Notes: generated by a model not told the origin, from the letters alone. A DNA stretch of 64,000 nucleotides from a virus (IMGVR_UViG_2929042913_000010:2344-66343); one strand, 5' to 3'; shown: positions 9,868-19,713, counted from the stretch's first letter. Made by a program: numbers and translations.

Positions 9868-10985
9868 TGATTAGCCTCCAAGCTAGCATCCAGTAAGATA
9901 CTGACCGTAATCCCTTTCGGGCACTCATACGTTCTTACTGTGATATAAATTTCTACTGTGTTTTTGGTTTTCCACACAATGACAACATCACCATCTTGCG
10001 GCGGCATACATTCACCAGGAAACGTGACGCCGTTAATTTCCGCACTACGTGACATTTCACGCATAGTGCGCGCAAAGTAGCTTTTGTGGGTTTCGATGCT
10101 ATTTGGCGTACTGTTTAAGCTACGATTGCCCACTTTAGCAATCGCTTGTAAACGCACACGACGCGCAACCTTATCGACAATACGCAAATTTTCGATAGCC
10201 TGAAAATCACCGCCCTCAACATCAAGCGTTCGACCATCCGACCAATACATACCATCATAATCGGGGTACCACATCGGGACGCTAAAACGCAGTTTTTCCA
10301 GTGCTTGCAAAGTGGCTAAATCAATTTCTGCGCCGCTACTATCTTTCGGTTTATCAACGCTACCCAAATCAAGTAATGCGCCCGTTTGAACACGAGCCGG
10401 ACTATCAGCGATAGTTACCGCGCGATTGCATAAACGACCCGCTAGCACGCCAGCTTCATTACCCCAAATTGAAGGCACTAGCTGGATAGATGCTTCAGCC
10501 TCACTTTTTTGTAGATCACTTAGCCGAGTCAGTGCAGTTTGCCAAGTTTCTTTATCTTGCAACCCTGCAACGGAAAGGATCGCCCACACCCAACGGCCAT
10601 ATTTAGCCAATAACGTAGCGCGGAGTGTTTGCGCTGCCTTAATGGTTTTTTTGGTGGTTTCACCAATGTAGACGTAGCCTTCAACGCTAGCGACTGATTG
10701 CGCTTTGAGTACTGCATCGACAAAATCGGTGTCAGTGGCACTTTCTGGCAGAATATGAACATAACCAAAGAAGTTCTGCCCCGCATTCGCCATTGCTGCT
10801 TTGGTGTTTGACTTTAAAGGGCTGTTTTCTGCCCCCAATAACTTATCTAAATCAGTTTGGGTATTAATAGGTAAGGTTTCGCCAATATGGCTTTTCCCTT
10901 TACCGACAAATAACAAGACGCGTTCAATTTCTTTAGTCTCGCCTTGTAACTGATTAATTTGATTAACTTGCACATTAGGCCACAT
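9864..10985 (-). CDS. Tail sheath protein (DUF2586-like)
   Basis: MWPNVQVNQINQLQG, GVLAGRLC and SVPMWYPDYDG motifs, typical of HP1-like sheaths. Confidence 0.88.
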   Translation of the reverse strand: MWPNVQVNQINQLQGETKEIERVLLFVGKGKSHIGETLPINTQTDLDKLLGAENSPLKSNTKAAMANAGQNFFGYVHILPESATDTDFVDAVLKAQSVASVEGYVYIGETTKKTIKAAQTLRATLLAKYGRWVWAILSVAGLQDKETWQTALTRLSDLQKSEAEASIQLVPSIWGNEAGVLAGRLCNRAVTIADSPARVQTGALLDLGSVDKPKDSSGAEIDLATLQALEKLRFSVPMWYPDYDGMYWSDGRTLDVEGGDFQAIENLRIVDKVARRVRLQAIAKVGNRSLNSTPNSIETHKSYFARTMREMSRSAEINGVTFPGECMPPQDGDVVIVWKTKNTVEIYITVRTYECPKGITVSILLDASLEANQ

Positions 10986-10997
10986 AGTTAAGTCCTT

Positions 10998-11711
10998 TTA
11001 TTTAATATCCTGCGCCTTGATATCAGCGCCAAATCCAATCCCTTGTAACTGCCTTGCGAGTGCCTTTTTAAAGTCGCTATCGCTCATACCTAAAAAAACA
11101 CGAGAGGGAACTTCGATAGTCCAAAATGTTTTAGCCGCTTTTTTACTTAATGTTCTAAGTATTCCACCTGCTTGGATAAAGCTCATATTTTCAGTGATAT
11201 CTTTTACTGAGGGCTTTTTGGAACGCTTACCTTTTTTAACTTGGTAACCTAGCTCTCTTAATTTTTTGGCCTGCTTAATGGTTGCTTTTCTATCTTTATC
11301 CGTAGGCTTAGATTTGTTCTCTTTTTCAGAGTCTCGCTTTCTCCTATCCATCGTCATGCCGTTTTGTTGCGCATAACCCACAATTCCGGCAGGAACAGGC
11401 TTTTTACCATTGCGATAATGCCCACCTTGCAAATAAATTCTAATAGCTTCTTTTTCTGGCATTTCCCTGATATGCAGCAATTTAGGCATATTGCGCAGCA
11501 TTTTTTTCTTATATTTACTTTGCCTAGCTTTCCACGATGTACCATCAGGGCTTTGTTGATTTTTAATGTTACGTTTTGCCGCCGCAATGACGCCATATTT
11601 AGCCATGCGCCACAAAAAACGCTGTTTTTTCTTTTCGGGTAATTCAAGGCCTTTTAGCGCCTTTTGCATTTCAGCAAATTGGTCTTTGCTTAATTGCCCT
11701 TTAATTATCAT
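10998..11711 (-). CDS. Virion morphogenesis/tail completion protein (gpS-like)
   Basis: Basic protein with QQSPDG.SW and PSRVFLG motifs. Confidence 0.8.
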   Translation of the reverse strand: MIIKGQLSKDQFAEMQKALKGLELPEKKKQRFLWRMAKYGVIAAAKRNIKNQQSPDGTSWKARQSKYKKKMLRNMPKLLHIREMPEKEAIRIYLQGGHYRNGKKPVPAGIVGYAQQNGMTMDRRKRDSEKENKSKPTDKDRKATIKQAKKLRELGYQVKKGKRSKKPSVKDITENMSFIQAGGILRTLSKKAAKTFWTIEVPSRVFLGMSDSDFKKALARQLQGIGFGADIKAQDIK

Positions 11712-12180
11712 TTTTCACATCGCTATAAATTTCAGCATGTTCGGCAAACCATGTTTGCGGGTCAGCAAGTGCCCAACGCTCACCATCAAAGGGAACTAAC
11801 CCTTCAGGGTCTTTTTTCATTACAACGGGTTCAGCTAATGAAATCGTCACAACAACAACAGCGGTATATTCATCAACATCAACTGTCATTGACGGTGATT
11901 CTTGTTCAATATTGCTGTCATTAAATTCGTTGTCTTGTTTGCTAATCCACGCATCAATTAATAAAGGAATATAACGTGGGTCAAGTTCGCGATAAGGAAA
12001 GCGCCCCCATGCAATGACCGCATCATATTGCTGTATCATCATTTGATACTGGTCTAGCCCTAAATCTTTTTGAGCACGAATAAACTGGATTTCATCCATT
12101 TCGCTAGTGAATTCGACCTTACAAATTTGTGCTGGTAAATTGGCTTTTAAAAATTGAGTCAGACTTTGTAATTTGCTCAT
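11701..12180 (-). CDS. Tail completion protein (gpR-like)
   Basis: MSKLQSLT.FL start; synteny after head completion gene. Confidence 0.75.
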   Translation of the reverse strand: MSKLQSLTQFLKANLPAQICKVEFTSEMDEIQFIRAQKDLGLDQYQMMIQQYDAVIAWGRFPYRELDPRYIPLLIDAWISKQDNEFNDSNIEQESPSMTVDVDEYTAVVVVTISLAEPVVMKKDPEGLVPFDGERWALADPQTWFAEHAEIYSDVKNDN

Positions 12181-12629
12181 ATCATTCTGACCGTTGCCCG
12201 TTTTAACCCTTTAATGTTGCGGATCACTAATGAAGATTCCGCCAATAATCGGTTACGCAGCTCAGGGCTTTCCTGTTGTGGGCTCGGTGCTCGACTGAAT
12301 ATCGAACTGTATTCACCTAATAAATCGGCTTTTGCCCGAGCAAAAACAGCTTTCAAATATTGTGCACATAAGGCATTTCGTTCTTTTCGTTTGACGCCCG
12401 GCACATCGGCGGCTGTTTTATAGCCCTTAGTGTTGTGGAGATTTTTAACGGTTTGTAACTCGCCATTCACTTCTGTGATGGTATTGAGTAACGCATCGGC
12501 CAGAAAATCCGTATTAATATCGGTAGGAATGGCGCGACTTTTTTGAAATTCATACAAATCCACGTCCGGCCAAAAACCATCATTTTGGATCACTTCATTG
12601 CTGTATTCGTTGCTGTTACCATCAAACAT
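12177..12629 (-). CDS. Head completion/stabilization protein (gpL-like)
   Basis: NDGFWPD and YLKAVFARAKADLL motifs. Confidence 0.88.
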   Translation of the reverse strand: MFDGNSNEYSNEVIQNDGFWPDVDLYEFQKSRAIPTDINTDFLADALLNTITEVNGELQTVKNLHNTKGYKTAADVPGVKRKERNALCAQYLKAVFARAKADLLGEYSSIFSRAPSPQQESPELRNRLLAESSLVIRNIKGLKRATVRMI

Positions 12630-12648
12630 AGCGCGCCCTTAAATAAAA

Positions 12649-12712
12649 AAGTGGGCTGTCCGGCGTCCATGGCCAATCGCAATAAATTGCATTGCCTCAG
12701 CCGCGCCCACTT
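12649..12712 (-). ncRNA. Putative cis-acting structured RNA between terminase small subunit and gpL
   Basis: 64-nt multi-stem hairpin with compensatory changes relative to 44008..44071. Confidence 0.6.
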
Positions 12713-12724
12713 GGCTTGCGGTAG

Positions 12725-13426
12725 CTATTCAGCAGCTAACATCCGTAATCGCATAGCAATGCGGTCACGGTGTGTTCTGACGCCGCTTTTAGGGTTTAAC
12801 TGATGCGCTCGCGAAAGATACGCCTCAGCTTTTTCTAAATCATCCACATTATCAATAGCACTGGCCTTCACTTCTCCGTTGTCACCTTTTAACAGTTCCA
12901 ATGCGGCAAATTTGTACCATTTCGCCTTGATTTTTTCGTGGATACGCCATTTTTCAGTGACATTTTCAAATGTTCTTGAAAAATAAGGCTCAATGGAGTT
13001 TCCCGCTTCGCTTTCAAGCTGCGCCCATTCTAAAATGGTGTCAGCCACGAAAGCAGGAAAACCACTTTTAAAGCTTCCGGGGGTTGCCTGTCCTTGCACT
13101 ATGGCGATATCCGCCCAATCCAATCCCTGCTGGAATTCCCCCACATCAAATAGCCACACGACACAGTAGGCAAAAATAGGGTTTTTATAGACTCTCCCAT
13201 CGTCCAAATAACGTTGTGCAGTCGGTAGATAATTAGGAAGAAACTCCCGTTTTTTTATCTCTGTCCGTTCTGCTATCGTCATCCCTTTGAGTCGTGCGGC
13301 ATCCCTGTCAACCGCACGCGCTTGCAAATGCATACTTTCACCATCAGCAATGACAATCGCTTGTTGTTGCTCCAGTTTTTGCTGCATTTCGACTTTGAGT
13401 CGATGCCGTTGACCGGGTGATAACAT
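12725..13426 (-). CDS. Terminase small/endonuclease subunit (gpM-like)
   Basis: MLSPGQRH, VWLFDVG and A..LNPKSGV motifs. Confidence 0.88.
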   Translation of the reverse strand: MLSPGQRHRLKVEMQQKLEQQQAIVIADGESMHLQARAVDRDAARLKGMTIAERTEIKKREFLPNYLPTAQRYLDDGRVYKNPIFAYCVVWLFDVGEFQQGLDWADIAIVQGQATPGSFKSGFPAFVADTILEWAQLESEAGNSIEPYFSRTFENVTEKWRIHEKIKAKWYKFAALELLKGDNGEVKASAIDNVDDLEKAEAYLSRAHQLNPKSGVRTHRDRIAMRLRMLAAE

Positions 13427-14457
13427 TACTCCGTCTCCAACGTATCTTTTGGTTCAACCAATTCACCAATGGTGACGGCTGACTCATCAATCGCCCCGTA
13501 AAGCTCAGGATATTCCAACGCATAGCCTTCATTTCGTAGGTATTTGTTTTCATATTGCTTGCGGTCTTCCACAAACTCAGCTTTGCGTTGACGGGTATTG
13601 CGCTGCGTGTACAGATGTAAGTTTGATAATGTGGTCACCACTAAACGCTTACCCGGCATAAATGGCGGAATATAGGCAGAGCGACCTGCAATTGTTGTCC
13701 CGAGTAATTGCGCTGCGATTTTTTCGGTTGGTCGGTCAGCGGCTTGGTACAAACGGTGTTGTTCCGCTGCAACTAAATCCGCACCCACAAGTACCACTAA
13801 GCGTGGGTCAGTACGGTATTGCACTGGAATACAGGTATTCACAACTTCTTGTGCCATTGCATCGATTGAACGGAAATCACCTTTATCATCCAGCGTTACC
13901 GCTTCGGTGATAACTTGTTTCCCACCTTTCCACTTTTTGGCAATTTCATGCCAGCCGATGTTGACGTCTTCGCCATTCGGGTACTTTTCCGCATCCGTAC
14001 TATCTGCTACGTGATTACCATTGAAACCAATGCGCAACATGTCGAGGGCAAAACTTTCATTGACGAAATTTTGCATCATTTGGTAAAACTCATTTTCACC
14101 GCCTGAGTTTGCCCATACAGAAAGCACATCCCACGGTAAGAAAGCCCCTGAGTCAGTTTCAGCTAATTTATATTCGTTACCATCTTGCCCCGTTTCACGC
14201 ATGAAACGACCACCTTTTTTACGTCCCGTGAATAAACCTGGGTTACCCACTGAAATGACTTGGCCTGCCAGTTGGTCAACGTCAGCGCAATAAATCATGT
14301 TGAGAAACGCGACTGACTCCATAATGGCTTTTCGTAATGCAATTTCTTTTGGCTCGGTGAGCGCAAAGTATTTTGACGCATCATCGACATTGTATGAACG
14401 TTCAAGGCCAATCTTATGGCTTTTTAAATACGTTCTGGCCGTATTGTTTAATAACAT
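13426..14457 (-). CDS. Major capsid protein, P2 family (gpN)
   Basis: ALDMLRIGFNG, EDVNIGW and PPFMP motifs. Confidence 0.93.
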   Translation of the reverse strand: MLLNNTARTYLKSHKIGLERSYNVDDASKYFALTEPKEIALRKAIMESVAFLNMIYCADVDQLAGQVISVGNPGLFTGRKKGGRFMRETGQDGNEYKLAETDSGAFLPWDVLSVWANSGGENEFYQMMQNFVNESFALDMLRIGFNGNHVADSTDAEKYPNGEDVNIGWHEIAKKWKGGKQVITEAVTLDDKGDFRSIDAMAQEVVNTCIPVQYRTDPRLVVLVGADLVAAEQHRLYQAADRPTEKIAAQLLGTTIAGRSAYIPPFMPGKRLVVTTLSNLHLYTQRNTRQRKAEFVEDRKQYENKYLRNEGYALEYPELYGAIDESAVTIGELVEPKDTLETE

Positions 14458-14503
14458 GGAAATCCCTCTCCAAAACTCAGTAACTGGCTCTAATCACAAT
14501 CTA

Positions 14504-15259
14504 TTAGAGGTGAACAAACTCTTTACGACCCGCGGGATTTTTCCCCGGGAGTTTGGTCGCAACTTTGCTAAATGTTTTAGTGATTTCCGGCAAATTATCG
14601 CGTAGCTTGGCGAAATCTTCGGTATCCACCACATCTTTCACCACTTCTACATCGTGCTGGGCTTGTTCAAGCATACTTTCCAATTCAGCGATTTTGGTCA
14701 GTGCTGCGGATAAATCAGCCGCCATTCCAGATAACACTTCATCATCCACAGTAGTTTCTGTTGGCTTTTCTTCTGGCACTTCTTCAATGCCAAAATGCTG
14801 ACGCCATGTTTTTTTTGCTGGTTTTGCCATTTTCCGATTTCCTTGTTTTTGACGACTAAAATACAGTCTTGTCGTGCCCACACTGGCTGGGGTATCTGTG
14901 ACCGCCAAGCCCTCTAAATATGTCACGCCTTTATTGCGAAAATTGGTATTCATCTCAACGGAGGTGAATACACCACGATTTTGGCTGTTCATTTCGAGTA
15001 AACGCGCAAAGGGACGTAACACGGCATACAAACGTAATGCATTGTTTTCATCTGTATCTGCTCGTAGCTCGACAACTTCACCAAGTGGATCACCTCGCTT
15101 TTCACCATGTTCATTGTGTTGTGCCCAAATCATGGCGGTGTAGAGGTCAGTGTCATAGGTTTCTGCCATGTCGATAATTTCGTCACGCAGAATTTCCCGT
15201 CCATCGATAGTTTCACCTTCCGTGGCAATGCAGATCCATGTTGTGCGTAATTGCGACAT
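14504..15259 (-). CDS. Capsid scaffolding protein/protease (gpO)
   Basis: IATEGETIDGR and YLEGLAVTDTPASVGT motifs. Confidence 0.92.
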   Translation of the reverse strand: MSQLRTTWICIATEGETIDGREILRDEIIDMAETYDTDLYTAMIWAQHNEHGEKRGDPLGEVVELRADTDENNALRLYAVLRPFARLLEMNSQNRGVFTSVEMNTNFRNKGVTYLEGLAVTDTPASVGTTRLYFSRQKQGNRKMAKPAKKTWRQHFGIEEVPEEKPTETTVDDEVLSGMAADLSAALTKIAELESMLEQAQHDVEVVKDVVDTEDFAKLRDNLPEITKTFSKVATKLPGKNPAGRKEFVHL

Positions 15260-15336
15260 CCTTTGTCCTTAACTGCATACCGTTCCTTTTGAGCCATCAG
15301 TATTGCCAATTCTTATTCGGGGCGCGAATGGTTGAG

Positions 15337-15360
15337 TTCGGTTATAACGTGATAGGCGAA
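15337..15360. promoter_or_regulatory. Putative late-activator site in the divergent gpO/gpP intergenic region
   Basis: TTCGGTTATAA...GGCGAA, 24-bp imperfect palindrome conserved at 46813..46836 within otherwise diverged DNA. Confidence 0.45.
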
Positions 15361-15407
15361 AACAGGTAGATGCCCACGGAGTCTGAACACTGCACAATGT
15401 TCTGACT

Positions 15408-17186
15408 ATGGCTAAACACTCAGATGCAATCATTCAGGTCGCTAAGTCACTTTACTTGCGCCGCTATACTCCCGCAGAAATTGCGGAGGAACTAAATCTG
15501 CCAAATCGGCGGATCGTCTATTATTGGGCGCAAAAGTGGAATTGGGCGGATATGCTCAGCCATGAAAGCGTATTGGAGGCAATAAATCGGCGTATTGCGT
15601 TATTGTCTGAACGCAATAAAAAGAACGAAATTGAGTTAGAAGAACTTGATAGGTTGATTGGCCATCACGTTAAATTGATGGCACAAGCCAATAAGCACAA
15701 AGAAAAGCTGGCTGAAATAAGGGCACAAGCGGAATCCGGTGAAGAGTATGTATCTAATGGTGATGGGGAAACCAAGAAAAAACGCCATTATAAGAAAAAT
15801 GATATTTCCGCACTCACCCCCGAAGACTTTCAAAAATTCGCGGATGAAATGCTGTTTGGCTATCAAAAACACTTACGTATTAACATCAAGAAAGCCATCC
15901 GTAACATCTTGAAATCGCGTCAAATTGGGGCGACGTGGTATTTTGCGTTTGAAGCGTTTGAAGATGCGGTGTTAACGGGCGACCCTCAAATCTTTTTATC
16001 GGCCTCACGGCCACAAGCGGAGGTGTTCCGCTCTTACATCGTCAACATTGCAGATAAATTCTTTGGTGTGACGCTAACGGGGAATCCTATTCGTTTAAGC
16101 AATGGTGCTGAATTACGTTTTTTATCAACGAATAAAAATACAGCACAGTCCTACAGTGGCCATTTGTATTGTGATGAATATTTTTGGGTGCCTGACTTTA
16201 AGCGACTCAATGAAGTGGCCTCTGCCATGGCCACACACGATAAATGGCGCACCACTTATTTTTCAACGCCGAGTGCCAAAACACACCCCGCATACCCATT
16301 TTGGACGGGTGACGAATGGCGCGGCAATGATGCCGCCCGTAAAAATATTGAGTTTCCATCACTGGAAGAAATGCAGGACGGTGGGGCAGATTGCCCAGAT
16401 GGTCAATGGCGCTATGTGATCACCATTGAAGATGCGGTACGTAACGGATTTAACCTTGCATCTATTGATAAACTCCGTAATCGCTATAACAAAGACACGT
16501 TTAACATGTTGTATATGTGTGTATTTGTGGATAGCGGTGCATCGGTATTCAAATATAACGATCTCGAAAAATGTACTGTTGATATTGGCCTATGGGATGA
16601 TCACGACCCGAGTATGGAAAGACCCTTTGGTAATCGCGAAGTCTGGGGCGGTTATGACCCCGCACGTTCGGGCGATACCTCAACCTTTGTCATTATTGCC
16701 CCACCATTGGTATCAATTGAGCTTTTCCGTGTTCTCGCCACATTTTATTGGCAGGGAATGAGCTGGAAGCATCAAGCAAAACAAATCCAAGATTTATACA
16801 GTAAATACCGTTTTACCCATATTGGCATTGATACGACAGGGATTGGTCATGGGGTGTATGAGATGGTTGCTGATTTTGCCCCACGAGTGACAACCGCTAT
16901 TCATTACAGCCAACAAACGAAAACACAGTTAGTGTTAAAAATGATTGATTTGATTGATGAGCAACGGATCACATGGGATGAAGAACAAAAAGAAATTCTA
17001 GCCAGTTTCCTTGGTATCCGGCACACAACCACAGGGAAAGGCGGCTCAATGACATTTGTTGCTGATAGAAGCAAAGAAACCGGACATGCAGATGTATTTT
17101 TTGCTATAGCCCATGCCGTATCTAATGAACCGCTGAACAATGAAAAACAGCGTAAATCTAAATACAAATTCCAGAAGGCTGCATAA
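15408..17186 (+). CDS. Terminase large (ATPase) subunit (gpP)
   Basis: LKSRQIGAT Walker A, LYCDE Walker B, GYDPAR nuclease motif, GHAD. Confidence 0.95.
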   Translation: MAKHSDAIIQVAKSLYLRRYTPAEIAEELNLPNRRIVYYWAQKWNWADMLSHESVLEAINRRIALLSERNKKNEIELEELDRLIGHHVKLMAQANKHKEKLAEIRAQAESGEEYVSNGDGETKKKRHYKKNDISALTPEDFQKFADEMLFGYQKHLRINIKKAIRNILKSRQIGATWYFAFEAFEDAVLTGDPQIFLSASRPQAEVFRSYIVNIADKFFGVTLTGNPIRLSNGAELRFLSTNKNTAQSYSGHLYCDEYFWVPDFKRLNEVASAMATHDKWRTTYFSTPSAKTHPAYPFWTGDEWRGNDAARKNIEFPSLEEMQDGGADCPDGQWRYVITIEDAVRNGFNLASIDKLRNRYNKDTFNMLYMCVFVDSGASVFKYNDLEKCTVDIGLWDDHDPSMERPFGNREVWGGYDPARSGDTSTFVIIAPPLVSIELFRVLATFYWQGMSWKHQAKQIQDLYSKYRFTHIGIDTTGIGHGVYEMVADFAPRVTTAIHYSQQTKTQLVLKMIDLIDEQRITWDEEQKEILASFLGIRHTTTGKGGSMTFVADRSKETGHADVFFAIAHAVSNEPLNNEKQRKSKYKFQKAA

Positions 17187-18223
17187 TGAGTAAGAAAAAG
17201 TTACGGAAAACAGCGGTAAAACAGGCCAGCGCTCAAAAAGGGATGAGCATTATTACTCTGGGGAAACCTGAACCTATTTTAACGACACATACAGATTACC
17301 AAAATATTTGGTATGACAATGATTATGACCATTACACCTTACCTATAGACCGCATAGCCTTAGCACAATTGGTAAATTTAAATGGCCAACATGGGGGGGT
17401 TATTCATGCGCGTTCAAATATGGTGTTATCCGACTATCAAGGAGGCAGCTTAACGCATCAAGAATTACGTGCCAGTGTGCTGGATTATTTTGTCTTTGGT
17501 GACACTCCGATTTTAAAACTCCGTAATTATTTCGGTGAAGTGATTGGGTTACATGTCTTGCCTGCACTGTATATGCGCCGCCGTAAAGATGATGATTTTG
17601 TTATTTTGCAAGAAGGTGAACCGATTGTGTATACACCGGATGATGTGATTTACATTAAACAATATGACCCACAACAACAGGTTTACGGCATACCCGATTA
17701 TATTGGTGGCATTCATGCCGCATTATTGAACAGTGAAGCCACGATATTTCGCCGCCGTTATTATCATAACGGTGCGCATACTGGCGGCATGATTTACTGT
17801 AATGATCCCATGCTGACTGATGAAGTGGAAGACATGATCACGCAAAAATTACAGAACAGCAAAGGAATTGGTAATTTTGACACCATGTTTGTGCATATCC
17901 CTAATGGGGATGCCGACGGCATCAAATTTATTCCTGTCGGGGATATTTCGGCTAATGATGAATTTAGTAATGTTAAAAACATCAGTGCACAAGACATTTT
18001 AACCGCTCACCGCTTTCCCGCAGGGCTGGCCGGAATTATTCCGGGTAATGTTGGCGGTCTTGGTGACCCACGCAATGCGCGTGAAGCTTACCGACAAGAT
18101 GAAATTATCCCCGTTCAACGTATGTTTGCTAACGCGATAAATAATGATGCTGAGGTGCCTGATCATTTAAAGATCACTTTTCAAGAAGATAGCAACATGT
18201 TAGTCAATAATAATGCAAAGTAG
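17186..18223 (+). CDS. Portal protein (gpQ/PBSX family)
   Basis: YGIPDY, FRRRYYHNGAH and AHRFPAGLAG motifs. Confidence 0.95.
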   Translation: MSKKKLRKTAVKQASAQKGMSIITLGKPEPILTTHTDYQNIWYDNDYDHYTLPIDRIALAQLVNLNGQHGGVIHARSNMVLSDYQGGSLTHQELRASVLDYFVFGDTPILKLRNYFGEVIGLHVLPALYMRRRKDDDFVILQEGEPIVYTPDDVIYIKQYDPQQQVYGIPDYIGGIHAALLNSEATIFRRRYYHNGAHTGGMIYCNDPMLTDEVEDMITQKLQNSKGIGNFDTMFVHIPNGDADGIKFIPVGDISANDEFSNVKNISAQDILTAHRFPAGLAGIIPGNVGGLGDPRNAREAYRQDEIIPVQRMFANAINNDAEVPDHLKITFQEDSNMLVNNNAK

Positions 18224-18263
18224 TTAGAATTTACGGAAATTAATAGTCATATGGAAATGAAAA

Positions 18264-18572
18264 ATGCGCAAAAATAAGGTAAAATTAAAGGGTTATTTTC
18301 AAGCGGAGATTTGGAACGTGCGAGTATTAAAAATATTTTGCCCTGAATGTGGCGAGAAAGCGATAATTCGCAAATCAAATAGAAAACATCGTGAAGTTTC
18401 AGATCTCTATTGTGCATGTAGCGATGTTGAATGTGGTCATACTTATGTTTTAAGCCTAACCTTTGACCATACGATTAGCCCAAGTGCAAAAAGTAATAAA
18501 TTGATTGGTTCGATGATACAAAATTTGAATCCAGAACAGCGCCAGATGGCGCTGGAGTTATTGAAATATTAA
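18264..18572 (+). CDS. ogr: Ogr/Delta-like zinc-finger late activator (likely start GTG 18318)
   Basis: CPECG...YCACSDVECGHTY...HTISPS. Confidence 0.88.
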   Translation: MRKNKVKLKGYFQAEIWNVRVLKIFCPECGEKAIIRKSNRKHREVSDLYCACSDVECGHTYVLSLTFDHTISPSAKSNKLIGSMIQNLNPEQRQMALELLKY

Positions 18573-18677
18573 ATTTTTTTATTCTTATCTTATTGTATTT
18601 TTAACTATTATCTTAAAGCTAAGGCGAAAATAATCTGTATGGGAAAATATCACCATAAACATTATTTTTTGGTGATA

Positions 18678-19439
18678 TTACCCGTTAACCCATCCATGCT
18701 TTTTTAGCTTTTCCTCTAAGCGTTTTGCTTGTGCTTCATATTCTTTTCTTGCATATGTCATGTCACTTAATTTTTCTTGAAGGTCTTTTATTATTCTTTC
18801 TTTTGCTATAATTCCATTATCATTTAAGTTTTCTGTTAACCTCTCATTTTCATAGAATAATTCATTAACTTTCTCTTGTTGCATTGAAATTGTTTCCTGT
18901 AGTTCACTCATCTTATTTATATTAAATTCTTTTTCTTCTTTCAATTCGTTGATTTCTCTTGTTAGAGCGCCTTCTTTATCTTTAGAGACTGTAATTTGTT
19001 CTCTCATCTCTTGAATTTCTTTTTCTTTATTTGTTTTTGTATCCTCATAAGCCATATCTTTTTCAGCTCGTAATGATTCTCTTTCTTTTTCAAGCTCTAA
19101 CTCTTTTATTTTTTTACTATGCTCGATTGACATAGATATGTAATCAAACCAAACCATTGCTTTTTGGAAAACAAGATTTAATGGCTTATTAAGAAATAAG
19201 TAAGCAGTTGTAAAAAATACAGGTATAAACCATGAGTTTTTTTCACTAAATGCAACTGAGGCAATTTGTACTTTCTGCTGAATTGAATCATTACCGAAAA
19301 TTAGAACAAGCAAGGAATTCCAGTTAAATACACACCATGAAATAACAAATGTTGCCATAACAGGATTTTTAATTCTATCTTTTGCAGCATCTGATACTGC
19401 CTGAACGATTTCTTTTGCTTCTTCTTTCATTTTTATCAT
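18678..19439 (-). CDS. Accessory membrane protein with coiled-coil C-terminus
   Basis: AT-rich 253-aa ORF with two TM segments followed by a long E/K-rich coiled coil; absent from prophage 2. Confidence 0.75.
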   Translation of the reverse strand: MIKMKEEAKEIVQAVSDAAKDRIKNPVMATFVISWCVFNWNSLLVLIFGNDSIQQKVQIASVAFSEKNSWFIPVFFTTAYLFLNKPLNLVFQKAMVWFDYISMSIEHSKKIKELELEKERESLRAEKDMAYEDTKTNKEKEIQEMREQITVSKDKEGALTREINELKEEKEFNINKMSELQETISMQQEKVNELFYENERLTENLNDNGIIAKERIIKDLQEKLSDMTYARKEYEAQAKRLEEKLKKHGWVNG

Positions 19440-19487
19440 CCATAAAAAATAATTGCCAATTATATATAACTAGTAATTATTTTAAAC

Positions 19488-19688
19488 CTAGTGATTTTTT
19501 TTATTTGTCGTTTTTTCATTTTTAACTATTTTTTCTCTTGCTTCATCTGCAATCTCGGTAATCATTTCTAGAACAATTTGCATATCGCATGCATTGCATG
19601 TTTCTAAACTACCCAATTTAGCAATAACACTAATACGTTCAAATGCTATTGCTTCCTTTAAAAAATCACTCATATTCAAATATCTCAT
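19488..19688 (-). CDS. tum: Tum-like SOS-inducible antirepressor
   Basis: ERISVIAKL...D.QIVLEMITEIA resembles the phage 186 Tum N-terminus; LexA box directly upstream. Confidence 0.75.
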   Translation of the reverse strand: MRYLNMSDFLKEAIAFERISVIAKLGSLETCNACDMQIVLEMITEIADEAREKIVKNEKTTNKKNH

Positions 19689-19693
19689 CTGTA

Positions 19694-19713
19694 TACTGTG
19701 GATATATACAGTA
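19694..19713. promoter_or_regulatory. LexA (SOS) box
   Basis: TACTGTGGATATATACAGTA matches CTGT-N8-ACAG. Confidence 0.9.

Noticed and set aside
10049-10060. Near-match GTGACATTTCAC to the palindromic motif
   Set aside because: One mismatch, inside the sheath coding sequence; plausibly chance.
520-17997. Many 60-150-aa ORFs antisense to or out of frame within structural genes, and their counterparts in prophage 2
   Set aside because: Shadow ORFs without motifs; their recurrence only reflects DNA identity between the prophages.
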